A DNA stretch of 63,327 nt, filler included. It is 4 parts of 4 records of this genome, joined end to end, with 100 filler letters (N's around TTAATTAATTAA, not from the genome) between each part and the next. Parts side by side here need not be neighbours in the genome. Positions count along the whole stretch, not along the records: positions 1 to 23,514 come from DRR378314_351; 3 more parts are not named here. One strand, given 5' to 3'. Within the stretch, counting starts at the first letter, position 1, and each line of letters starts with the position of its first letter. Below, one piece after another: positions 1-9,361 of the stretch. The notes under the pieces were generated by a model, which was given only the letters and a program-made list of their open reading frames with translations, did no database searches and was not told where the DNA came from. Made by a program: the position numbers and the translations under genes.

Positions 1-406
1 TCCCGCCATGCAAGCACGCGGCAGCGGACAATTGGTGTTTATTAGCTCGTTGGCGGGCTGGCACGGCCTACCGACAACGCCAAGCTACAGCGCCAGCAAA
101 GCAGGCATCAAAGCCTATGGAGAAGGTCTAAGAGGCTTACTCGAACCCCATGGCATTGGTGTGACCGTGGTAATGCCTGGCTACGTCACTTCCGCCATGT
201 GCAATGCCATGCCTGGCCCCAAGCCTTGGGAATGGCCGCCAGAGCGGGCCGCCAACGCCATACAACGTGGCATCACCGCTAACCGCGCCCGTATCAGTTT
301 TCCCTTCCCGCTGAATTTCGGTACTTGGTGGCTGGCCGTGCTACCGGCAGGCATTTCTCAATGGCTCATCAAACGCCTTGGCTTTAATCATACCGGGGGC
401 GCGTAG
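1..406 (+). CDS. wcbP: Short-chain dehydrogenase/reductase, WcbP/RkpH-like (5' end outside window)
   Basis: SDR catalytic Ser (ISSLAG) and YxxxK (YSASK); first gene of the SDR-LtaS-PKS-AOS block. Confidence 0.75.
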   Translation, partial: PAMQARGSGQLVFISSLAGWHGLPTTPSYSASKAGIKAYGEGLRGLLEPHGIGVTVVMPGYVTSAMCNAMPGPKPWEWPPERAANAIQRGITANRARISFPFPLNFGTWWLAVLPAGISQWLIKRLGFNHTGGA

Positions 407-407
407 C

Positions 408-2048
408 GTGGCGTTCTTTCTATCATCCACATTTATTAGCCCACTTTTAGTAGGCTTGTTAGGTAGTGTGCTGTTCGAGGCGCTGCTGAGCCCTCGCCCA
501 CAACCGTTTTGGAAACGCGGCATAGCCGCAAACACGCTGCACCTTGGTAGCTGGTTACTGCTGTTTGGCGCCTTTATGCTGCTTCTGCAACGCCCTTGGT
601 TTGCTGTTGTTTTTATCTTATCGCTGCAACTCGTGGTCGTGCAGTCCAGCAACACTAAATCACGCACGCTGAACGAACCCTTTATCTGTCACGATTTTGA
701 ATACTTCTGGGATGCTATCTTGCACCCGCGTCTGTATGTGCCTTTTTTCGGCATTGGTCTCGCCATTGCGGCTAGCAGCGCCGGTGCGGTTGCCATTGGT
801 AGCTTTTTGGTTTTTGAACCATCGCTGGTCCGCCAATGGGGCGGCACAGCGTTTCTAGCGAATAGCCTAATACTGATAACAATCGGTACGCTGCTCGTTT
901 GGCTGGGGTGGCGCAAACTGCCGCCTATCACGCTTACCCCTACCGTTGATCTAGATCGACTGGGGCTATTTTCCAGCCTGTGGGCATACGGCATTGCCCT
1001 GATGCGCTCACAACCGCCCACAGCCGATGCATCGCCCTTTCAGCCACTTGCTCAACATACGTCACTTGATCAGCACAGCCTTGAGCTAGACGCCGATGCG
1101 GCAAAGCCAAACGTTGTACTGGTACAAAGTGAATCGTTTTTTGATCCTCGCCCTTGGTGTAGCGAGATTGCCGCTGACTTACTGCCGAATTATGATGCTA
1201 CCTGCCAGGAAGCTGTCGTGCAGGGAGCGCTGAATGTGCCCGCCTGGGGCGCAAACACGGTGCGCACCGAATGCGCTGTCTTAACGGGCCTAGCGCCTGA
1301 TGCCTGGGGACCGCGCCAGTTTAATCCTTACCGTACGCTGTCGCGCCACACACTGCCCAGCATTGCTAGCGCATTCAAAGCCCAAGGCTATCGAACGGTT
1401 TGTGTTCATCCTTATCCCGCTACCTTCTACATGCGAGACAGCGTTATTCCCAAACTAGGGTTTGAGACGTTTATCGACATTAGCGCATTCGAAAGCCAGG
1501 ATAAGCATGGTCAGTACATTGGCGACCAAGCCGTTGCACGAAGAGTTGGACGCCTGCTTGAAGATAACGATAATAGGCCTCTCTTTGTGTTTGTGATTAC
1601 CATGGAGAATCACGGCCCTTTACACTTAGAAGCACCGGAAAAGGCCAGTGTAGCGTCAACATTGCCAGCAGCGCCGTGGCCGCTACCGCATCATTTACGC
1701 GATTTGGCTGTTTACCTGCACCATTTGGGTGAATCAGATAAAATGCTCGGAAGCGTTAAAGCAGCGCTAAACTCTGCTATAAGACCAGGGCTGCTGGGCT
1801 GGTACGGTGACCACGTACCCATACTGCCTGCCGCATATAGGCACTATTCGCCTCCTGCTAGCAGCACCCCGTACATGATATGGTCAACGGAAGTAGATCG
1901 TAATTTGCATGATAAGACGCCTATTGAGCGCACGTCGTGCACGCTGGAAGCAAACGAACTTGGCGTCTACCTATTTAAACGAGCGTTTGGACGCGATATA
2001 AGTAGCGATATGATCAAGGCAGAACCAGAACCTCAGGAGCAAGAATGA
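408..2048 (+). CDS. wcbQ: LTA synthase/sulfatase-family membrane protein, WcbQ/RkpI-like
   Basis: N-terminal hydrophobic helices, then VQSESF, GANTVRTE (Thr nucleophile), TMENHGP and YGDHVP motifs; GTG at 408, just after the upstream stop, chosen as start. Confidence 0.8.
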   Translation: MAFFLSSTFISPLLVGLLGSVLFEALLSPRPQPFWKRGIAANTLHLGSWLLLFGAFMLLLQRPWFAVVFILSLQLVVVQSSNTKSRTLNEPFICHDFEYFWDAILHPRLYVPFFGIGLAIAASSAGAVAIGSFLVFEPSLVRQWGGTAFLANSLILITIGTLLVWLGWRKLPPITLTPTVDLDRLGLFSSLWAYGIALMRSQPPTADASPFQPLAQHTSLDQHSLELDADAAKPNVVLVQSESFFDPRPWCSEIAADLLPNYDATCQEAVVQGALNVPAWGANTVRTECAVLTGLAPDAWGPRQFNPYRTLSRHTLPSIASAFKAQGYRTVCVHPYPATFYMRDSVIPKLGFETFIDISAFESQDKHGQYIGDQAVARRVGRLLEDNDNRPLFVFVITMENHGPLHLEAPEKASVASTLPAAPWPLPHHLRDLAVYLHHLGESDKMLGSVKAALNSAIRPGLLGWYGDHVPILPAAYRHYSPPASSTPYMIWSTEVDRNLHDKTPIERTSCTLEANELGVYLFKRAFGRDISSDMIKAEPEPQEQE

Positions 2049-5000
2049 CTAAACGCGTTGCCATTATCGGCGCCGCCCATCGTTTCCCCGGCACCACACC
2101 TGAAACGTTCTGGCAGGACCTGCAAGCCGAAAAAGACCTCGTCACCCAAGTGGCCCCCGGCCGCTGGAGCCTCGATGCTTTCCAGCATCCGGACAAACGC
2201 CATCCCGGCACCAGCGTCACCTTTGCCGCGGGTAGCCTAGGCGATATCAGCGGATTCGACGCAGAGTTTTTCGGCATTTCGCCCCGTGAAGCGGCGAACA
2301 TGGACCCGCAACAGCGCATGCTGTTAGAGCTTAGCTGGGAAGCCATGGAAAGCGCGGGCATCGTGCCCAGCACCCTGCGCGGTAGCCAGTGCGGCGTTTT
2401 CCTTGGCATCGCCAGCCTTGATTATTCCTATCGCCTTGCCGATGACATGGCGGCGATTGATGCCTCGACCGCGACAGGTAATACCTCAAGTATCGCCTCT
2501 AACCGGCTTTCTTACGTCTTTGATCTACACGGCCCCAGCATGTCGCTGGATACCGCCTGTTCATCTTCCATGGTGGCCTTCCACCAGGCATGTCAATCGA
2601 TTCGCAGCGGCGAAACCAATATGGCGCTAGCAGGTGGCATCAGCCTGCACCTGCACCCCTATGGTTTTATTATTTTCTCTAAGGCCAGCATGCTCTCGCC
2701 CACCGGCCGCTGCCAAGTCTTCGATGAGGCCGGTAATGGTTACGTGCGCTCCGAGGGTGCCGGGCTGTTTTTGCTAAAAGATTATGATCAAGCCGTGGCC
2801 GATGGCGACAATATCCTGGCCGTGGTAGCAGGCTCAGCGGTGAACACTGACGGCCACAAATCTGGCCTGACGGTGCCCAACCCCAGCGCCCAAATTGACT
2901 TAATGCGCCGTGCCTACGAACAGGCTGGCATTTCGCCGGACGAGATCGACTACCTTGAAGCTCACGGCACCGGCACCGCCGTTGGCGACCCCATTGAAAC
3001 TCGGGCTATCGGCGAAGCACTCGGCAAGCATCGTAAAACACCACTGCTGATAGGCTCAGTGAAAAGCAACCTGGGTCATTTAGAAACGGCTTCAGGCGTT
3101 GCCGGGCTTGCTAAAGCGCTGTACAGCCTGCAGCACCGTGAAGTGCCCGCTACGATTGGCATACGCAATCTTAATCCACGCATCAAATTTGATGAGTGGA
3201 ACATTAGCGTTGTCACCAAAGCCCAAGCGCTCAAAAAGCAAGGCCGCTTGGTCATTGGCGTTAACTCCTTTGGTTTTGGTGGCGCCAACGCTCACGTCAT
3301 CCTGGAAAGTGCCCCCGAAAAAGCACCAGCACCCCGCCAAGTGCCCGATGTTGCGCTACCCGTTCGCGTTAGCGCACGAAGCCAGGAAGCTTTGGCGGCG
3401 AATGCCCGTGGGCTAGCTAACTTCCTACGCGAAAGTGACCATGCCTTCTATGATATCGCCCACACGCTGAACAGCCACCGCGAACAACACACCTTTGGCG
3501 CACTGTGTTTCGCCCAAACAGCTGAGGCCGCTGCCAGCGCGCTCAGCCAGTTTGCTGAAGGTGAAACCAACAGCGTTGTGACACTGGAGCGCTTAGCTAA
3601 CGCCCGGGGCCCGGTGTTTGTTTACGACGGTAACGGCTGCCAGTGGGAAACCATGGGTCACGACCTGCTAGACAGCGACCCCGTGTTTAGCGACGCCATT
3701 GATCGTGTGGATGCGCTGTTCCAGAAGCATGGTGATTTTTCGCTGCGTGACGAGCTTGCGGGCCGTAACCAGGAAGAATCCAGCGAAGAAGGCCGCTTTG
3801 AGCGCACCGAAATCGCTCAACCCGCCCTGTTCGCACTGCAGGTCGCGTTAACCAAATGGCTTAAATCCAAGGGTATCGTGCCCACCGCCGTATTCGGCCA
3901 CAGCGTTGGCGAAGTTGCTGCCGCGTGGGCATCCGGCGCATTAACGTTAGAAGACGCCGTTAAAGTTATTTATTACCGCAGCTTCTACCAGGGCAAAACC
4001 CGTGGCCTTGGGGAAATGACGGCTGTCGCCATCAGCGCGGAAGAGATCGCCCCTTGGCTTGAAAAAGCCGAATTTAGCAACATTAGCCTGGCAGGCATTA
4101 ACAGTCCCAAAGGCATTACGTTAGCGGGTGACCGTGACCAGCTAAGCGCCATTGAAGCAGCCCTTAGCGAACAGAGCACCTTCGCAAAGCGCCTGCCACT
4201 GGACTACGCCTTCCACAGCCCCGCCATGGACAGCATCAAAGCAGGCGTCGTGGAAGCCTTGGCTGACATTCGTCCAGGCGCCACGCAGATTCCTTATGTG
4301 TCCACCGTTACCGGCACCATCAGTGAAGGCACACAACTGGATGCCCATTACTGGTGGCTCAATATTCGTGAGCCCGTCCTATTTGATAACGCCGCTACGG
4401 TGCTTATTGAGCAGGGTTACAACGTATTTGTGGAAGTCGGCGCGCACCCCATCCTGCGCCGCTATCTGAACGACTCTTTACGCCAGCAAGAGCGCAGCGG
4501 GTTAGTGCTAGGTACCATTGAACGGCATAAGTCAGGCGCAGACGGTTTAACCCGCTGCCTCGGCCAAGTGCTGCTAAGCGGATTAAGCCTCGATAGTCAC
4601 CACTTCTTCCCCGTAGAAGGCCAGCGCGTCCTGCTGCCACACTACGCCTGGCAACGCACCCAACTTTGGGTGCAAGGCACCAACGATGGTCAAGGGTTGC
4701 TTTCCCGCTATTATCAGCACCCGCTACTTGGCTACCCATTGGCGCAGCAGGATCACACCTGGGAAAGCCAGTTGGATACCAAGCGCCAGCCATGGCTGGC
4801 CGACCACGTCGTCGGCGAAGGCGCTGTCTTCCCGGGCGCGGGGTTTGTCGAGCTAACGCTAGCAGCGGCCCTGCAGCAGAAAGACACACCGCTTTTGGAC
4901 ATTGAAGAGCTGGAGATTCGCGCTCCGCTACTGCTGGATGGCCACAACGGGCGCACCATGCGCTTAACGCTGGATCCAGACGACGGCCGCTTAGCCATCC

Positions 5001-8000
5001 ACTCCCGCGAGCCAGCCACCGGTAGCGAATGGCAGCTAAATGCCGTTGCCCGCCGCATGCGCGAAAGCCGCGGCTTCTTGCTCAATCGAAAAGCGCCAAG
5101 CCTGCCAAACCGCGCGCCCGACTATACTCTGGCCGAGCATCTGCAGATGGCCGAACGTATCGGACTGCATTACGGGCCTGCGTTCCAAGCCATTAGCCGT
5201 GGCTGGATTGAAGGCGACAGCGTCATGGGTGAAATTACCCTATCCGATAGTGTCCAGTCGCAGCTCGATACGCTGCACGTTCATCCGGGCATTCTCGACA
5301 GTGCTTTCCAAATGTTCATTCCGCTGCTGGCGCAACACAATGAGTTTGCTGCCCAGCTAGCCTTCGTGCCGGTTCGTGTTGGGCGCATCCAGGTGAACGC
5401 TGAAGCCGGTGCCCCGGTGCTGGCGCGAGCAGTCATGGGTAAGCGCGCACCTCACTCCTTCACCGCCGACTTCGAACTGTATGACGCAGCCGGTAACGCC
5501 GTGGCCGTGCTTAGTGAAACCCGCTTCAAGGCGATTCGCTTAAACCGCGCCCATCACCAGCATTTTAGCTACCTGGATGTAGAGTTAACGCCTGCTCCGC
5601 TAAACGCGGCGACGCTTTCACTGCCAGGCAGTGCAATCGCCCGACTGGCTGGGCTAAGCGATGCGTTTACCGCCAGCACCGGCCAACGCTATGCCCAAGA
5701 AGTATCACCGCTGCTCGATAGCCTTAGCGAAGCCTTTGCGGGTGTTAATGTTAACGCTGGCGAAGATCAGCTCGCACCGGAAACCATTTGGCAGTTACTG
5801 GTGCAGGATTACCCCGATTATTTTGCCCCTATTCATATGGTGGGGCGCTTAGGGCTACACCGAGAGCAATTGACCAGCGGCAACGACACGCTTGAAAGCC
5901 TAGGCATTACCGCTGAGCACCTTGCAGGCATTAATCGCGTCCTTATCGGCGAAAGCGGCTGGCAAGTATTAGCCGCCGAGCTGGGCGCATTAATGGAAGC
6001 TACGTTAGCCACACTGCCTACTGGTCAGCGGCTGCAGTTGTTAGAAGCGGGCCCTTGCACCCCCGCCCTGGGGCAGCGACTGCTTGAACAATTAGCGAAT
6101 ACGGCTATCGCTAAAGATGCGCACCACTACCGTGCTATCACTACCAGCGACACTGCTCGCCATCAGGCGGAACAGCTTCAAGAGCGTTTCCCGCTGATGG
6201 ATATCCAGCCACTGGAAGATGCACTGCCGACGCTTAGCCCTGCAGAGAAAGCCCAGCTGGCGTTTATCAGCGTGGACGTGACCCAGCCTGAACGTACCCG
6301 CCAGTTGATTGAAGCGCTGCCAGGCCAGCTTGCGCCAGGCGCTCAGGTAATGGTGATTGGTGTTCATCCGAGCCGTTGGCTTGATGACTTACTGGCCACT
6401 CCCGGCATCGACCAAACCGCCCTGGAACAAGACAACCTAGTCGAGTGGTTAGCGCAACAAGGCCTCAGCGTTTCGCCGCCGATTGAGCTGGAAGAGAATG
6501 GCGCTTACCTACTGCATGGCCAGTACACAGCAAGCAATGACTCGCTGACGCCAACGCCAGCAGAGGCCTACCATTTGCTTGTCTCTGACGCTGAGCACGA
6601 AGCACTTGCTGCCCAGCTTGCAGAGCGTTTAGGCACCGCCAATACATGGCTAACCGTCAGCGACGCAACCCCGCAAGCACTGCTAAATACAGCGTTAGGT
6701 GAACGCCAAGACCTACCTGTCGCACTCAATGTGATCGATCTGCGTGGGCTTAAGGGCTGTACAACCGCTGCTCAAACTCAGCGCTGCTACACGGCACAGC
6801 AGTGGTCACTGGCATTAGAAGCCAGTGGACTGGAAAGCCAAGGCAGCCGCGTCACGCTTTGGCTGCCGACCCAGGCTGCCAGTACAGGCGATGACGCCGC
6901 GCTATGGGGCTTTGGTCGCTCGCTCGCCAATGAAGCGGTTGGCCATAGCGTCACGCTGATCGATCTACCCAACGCGCCCAGCGATGCGACGTTAAACGCC
7001 TTTGCAGCGTCACTTGCTACGCCAGATAGCGAAAACGAGCTGGTAATAACGGTTGAAGGCGAGCGGTTTGCTACCCGCCTTCGCACCCTGCCCGCTCCTC
7101 ACCCGGTCAAGCAGGCAAGCGCTGCGCCTCATCAGGCAATGACGCTGGGCTTCGCCCTACCAGGGCAATTGCGTCAGCTGCAGTGGCGGCCACGCCCACT
7201 GCCTGAACTTGGCGCGGATGAGGTAGAAATTCATGTCAAAGCGACCGGTCTCAACTTCCGCGACGTCATGTACACCCTTGGCTTACTGTCTGATGAAGCA
7301 ATTGAAAATGGCTTCGCTGGCCCGACCCTGGGGCTTGAGTTCTCAGGAGAGGTTCTCGCGGTGGGTGCCAATGTTCAGCACGTTGCACCCGGCCAGGCGG
7401 TCGTGGGCTTTGGACCCGCCAGCTTCAGCGACCGCCTCATTGCTAGCCAGAATGCCGTCGCGCCCCTGCCGGAAGGCGTCAGCTTTGCTGCTGCCGCGAC
7501 AATACCGACCACGTTCTTCACCGTGTACTACGCGCTAAAACATCTGGCGCGCTTGGAGCCCGGTGAGAAAGTACTGATTCACGGTGCCGCTGGCGGTGTG
7601 GGTATCGCTGCGCTGCAAATTGCCCAGTGGTTGGGTGCCGATATCTACGCCACCGTTGGCTCTGAAGAGAAGCGCGACTTCCTGCGTCTCATGGGTGAAG
7701 AGCGCATTTACGACTCCCGCTCGCTGACGTTTGCCGAAGAGATCCTAGAGGACACGCAAGGCGAAGGCGTGGATGTCGTACTGAACTCATTGGCAGGCGA
7801 AGCGATTAACCAAAACCTCCGCGCATTGCGCCCGTTTGGTCGCTTCCTGGAATTAGGTAAACGGGACTTCTATGAAAACACGCATATTGGCCTACGCCCG
7901 TTCCGCAACAACTTAAGCTACTTCGGCATCGACTCCGACCAGTTGATGAAAGTGCAGCCTGCCCTCACCCAGCGCCTGTTCGGTGAAATGATGGCGCTAT

Positions 8001-9361
8001 TTAACGATGGCACACTCAGCCCGCTGCCGTTCACGGCGTTCAGTCACAACCAAGTGATTGATGCCTTCCGTTATATGCAGCAAGCACGCCAGATCGGCAA
8101 AGTGGTGGTCACCTACGAACAGCCGATTGCTCCACCGCGTAACGAGCTATTAGGCACCGGCGCGATGACACTCGCAGCCGACGCCAGCTATCTAGTGACC
8201 GGTGGTTTGGGTGGCTTTGGCCTAAAAACGGCTCAATGGTTAGTCAGCAAAGGCGCACGTCAGCTTATCCTGCTAAGCCGCAGCGGCCCCGCTAGCGAAG
8301 AAGCCCAAGCCGCTATTGCGGCCTTTGAAGCCCAAGGCGTGAAGGTACTGGCTGCAGCCTGTGATATTACCGATTACGACGCGCTAGCAAGCGTTATGGC
8401 GCGCGTGCAACGCGAACTTAGCCCGTTGCGTGGCATCGTGCATGCCGCAACAGTGATCGACGACGGCTTGATTCGCAACTTAGATGCCGAGCGTATTCAA
8501 AAGGTGCTGGCTCCTAAAATTGACGGTGCCCGTCACCTGGATGCTCTCACCCAGGACATCTCACTCGACTTCTTTGTGCTCTACTCCTCGGCGACGACGC
8601 TATTTGGTAACCCAGGACAGGCCAATTACGTTGCCGCCAACCACTGGCTAGAAGCATTTGCTGCCCGCCGTCGTTCCGCTGGACTACCCGCTACCTGCGT
8701 CCGCTGGGGGGCTATTGAAGATGTCGGTTTCCTGGCGCGCAACACGCGCACCCGCGATGCGTTGCAAGAGCGCTTAGGCGGTTCTGCGCTGCGCTCTGAT
8801 GACGCCCTCAAGGTGCTCGAACAAATGTTGCTGACGCCTGGGCCAAGCCTTGGTGTTCTTGAGCTTGAATGGGGAGCACTGGCGCGTTTCTTGCCCACCG
8901 CCCAGGCACCACGATTTAACGAAATTGCCCGCACCAGCGATGATGATGGCAGCGTTGACCACGATGACGATATCAGCGCGCTACTGGCCGACCTCTCACC
9001 GGAAGAGCTGCACAGCACCATTACCGACCTACTGCGCGCAGAACTGGCTAGTATCCTGCTGATTGATGAAGAGAAAATCGACATCAATCGTTCAGTATAC
9101 GATATGGGCTTTGACTCGCTTATGGGCGTTGAATTGATGACCGCCATCGAGAATCGCCTGAACGTACAAGTACCGGTGATGGTGTTGAGTGAAGCGTCTA
9201 CGCTGTACAAACTGGCCGGTGTGCTGATTCAAAAGTTACATCAGCATGACAATGATGTTGAAGAAGCGCCACAAGATGCGTTAGCCTCTCTGGCCGCTCG
9301 CCACGGGGCGGACGGACTCAATAATGAGCCGGCTTCAACATCTACCACCGAGACACCATGA
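2045..9361 (+). CDS. wcbR: Single-module reducing type I polyketide synthase (KS-AT-DH-degenerate MT-ER-KR-ACP), WcbR/RkpA-like
   Basis: KS DTACSSS / EAHGTGT / KSNLGH; AT GHSVG and YAFHS; DH HVVGEGAVFP; ER LIHGAAGGVG; KR GGLGGFG and GQANYVAAN; ACP GFDSL; no thioesterase; ATGA overlaps with both neighbours. Confidence 0.92.
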   Translation: MTKRVAIIGAAHRFPGTTPETFWQDLQAEKDLVTQVAPGRWSLDAFQHPDKRHPGTSVTFAAGSLGDISGFDAEFFGISPREAANMDPQQRMLLELSWEAMESAGIVPSTLRGSQCGVFLGIASLDYSYRLADDMAAIDASTATGNTSSIASNRLSYVFDLHGPSMSLDTACSSSMVAFHQACQSIRSGETNMALAGGISLHLHPYGFIIFSKASMLSPTGRCQVFDEAGNGYVRSEGAGLFLLKDYDQAVADGDNILAVVAGSAVNTDGHKSGLTVPNPSAQIDLMRRAYEQAGISPDEIDYLEAHGTGTAVGDPIETRAIGEALGKHRKTPLLIGSVKSNLGHLETASGVAGLAKALYSLQHREVPATIGIRNLNPRIKFDEWNISVVTKAQALKKQGRLVIGVNSFGFGGANAHVILESAPEKAPAPRQVPDVALPVRVSARSQEALAANARGLANFLRESDHAFYDIAHTLNSHREQHTFGALCFAQTAEAAASALSQFAEGETNSVVTLERLANARGPVFVYDGNGCQWETMGHDLLDSDPVFSDAIDRVDALFQKHGDFSLRDELAGRNQEESSEEGRFERTEIAQPALFALQVALTKWLKSKGIVPTAVFGHSVGEVAAAWASGALTLEDAVKVIYYRSFYQGKTRGLGEMTAVAISAEEIAPWLEKAEFSNISLAGINSPKGITLAGDRDQLSAIEAALSEQSTFAKRLPLDYAFHSPAMDSIKAGVVEALADIRPGATQIPYVSTVTGTISEGTQLDAHYWWLNIREPVLFDNAATVLIEQGYNVFVEVGAHPILRRYLNDSLRQQERSGLVLGTIERHKSGADGLTRCLGQVLLSGLSLDSHHFFPVEGQRVLLPHYAWQRTQLWVQGTNDGQGLLSRYYQHPLLGYPLAQQDHTWESQLDTKRQPWLADHVVGEGAVFPGAGFVELTLAAALQQKDTPLLDIEELEIRAPLLLDGHNGRTMRLTLDPDDGRLAIHSREPATGSEWQLNAVARRMRESRGFLLNRKAPSLPNRAPDYTLAEHLQMAERIGLHYGPAFQAISRGWIEGDSVMGEITLSDSVQSQLDTLHVHPGILDSAFQMFIPLLAQHNEFAAQLAFVPVRVGRIQVNAEAGAPVLARAVMGKRAPHSFTADFELYDAAGNAVAVLSETRFKAIRLNRAHHQHFSYLDVELTPAPLNAATLSLPGSAIARLAGLSDAFTASTGQRYAQEVSPLLDSLSEAFAGVNVNAGEDQLAPETIWQLLVQDYPDYFAPIHMVGRLGLHREQLTSGNDTLESLGITAEHLAGINRVLIGESGWQVLAAELGALMEATLATLPTGQRLQLLEAGPCTPALGQRLLEQLANTAIAKDAHHYRAITTSDTARHQAEQLQERFPLMDIQPLEDALPTLSPAEKAQLAFISVDVTQPERTRQLIEALPGQLAPGAQVMVIGVHPSRWLDDLLATPGIDQTALEQDNLVEWLAQQGLSVSPPIELEENGAYLLHGQYTASNDSLTPTPAEAYHLLVSDAEHEALAAQLAERLGTANTWLTVSDATPQALLNTALGERQDLPVALNVIDLRGLKGCTTAAQTQRCYTAQQWSLALEASGLESQGSRVTLWLPTQAASTGDDAALWGFGRSLANEAVGHSVTLIDLPNAPSDATLNAFAASLATPDSENELVITVEGERFATRLRTLPAPHPVKQASAAPHQAMTLGFALPGQLRQLQWRPRPLPELGADEVEIHVKATGLNFRDVMYTLGLLSDEAIENGFAGPTLGLEFSGEVLAVGANVQHVAPGQAVVGFGPASFSDRLIASQNAVAPLPEGVSFAAAATIPTTFFTVYYALKHLARLEPGEKVLIHGAAGGVGIAALQIAQWLGADIYATVGSEEKRDFLRLMGEERIYDSRSLTFAEEILEDTQGEGVDVVLNSLAGEAINQNLRALRPFGRFLELGKRDFYENTHIGLRPFRNNLSYFGIDSDQLMKVQPALTQRLFGEMMALFNDGTLSPLPFTAFSHNQVIDAFRYMQQARQIGKVVVTYEQPIAPPRNELLGTGAMTLAADASYLVTGGLGGFGLKTAQWLVSKGARQLILLSRSGPASEEAQAAIAAFEAQGVKVLAAACDITDYDALASVMARVQRELSPLRGIVHAATVIDDGLIRNLDAERIQKVLAPKIDGARHLDALTQDISLDFFVLYSSATTLFGNPGQANYVAANHWLEAFAARRRSAGLPATCVRWGAIEDVGFLARNTRTRDALQERLGGSALRSDDALKVLEQMLLTPGPSLGVLELEWGALARFLPTAQAPRFNEIARTSDDDGSVDHDDDISALLADLSPEELHSTITDLLRAELASILLIDEEKIDINRSVYDMGFDSLMGVELMTAIENRLNVQVPVMVLSEASTLYKLAGVLIQKLHQHDNDVEEAPQDALASLAARHGADGLNNEPASTSTTETP

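Noticed and set aside
398..410. ops-like sequence GGCGCGTAGCGTG at the wcbP/wcbQ junction
   Set aside because: It has an extra base relative to GGCGGTAGnnTG, lies mid-operon, and is explained by the TAG stop plus GTG start
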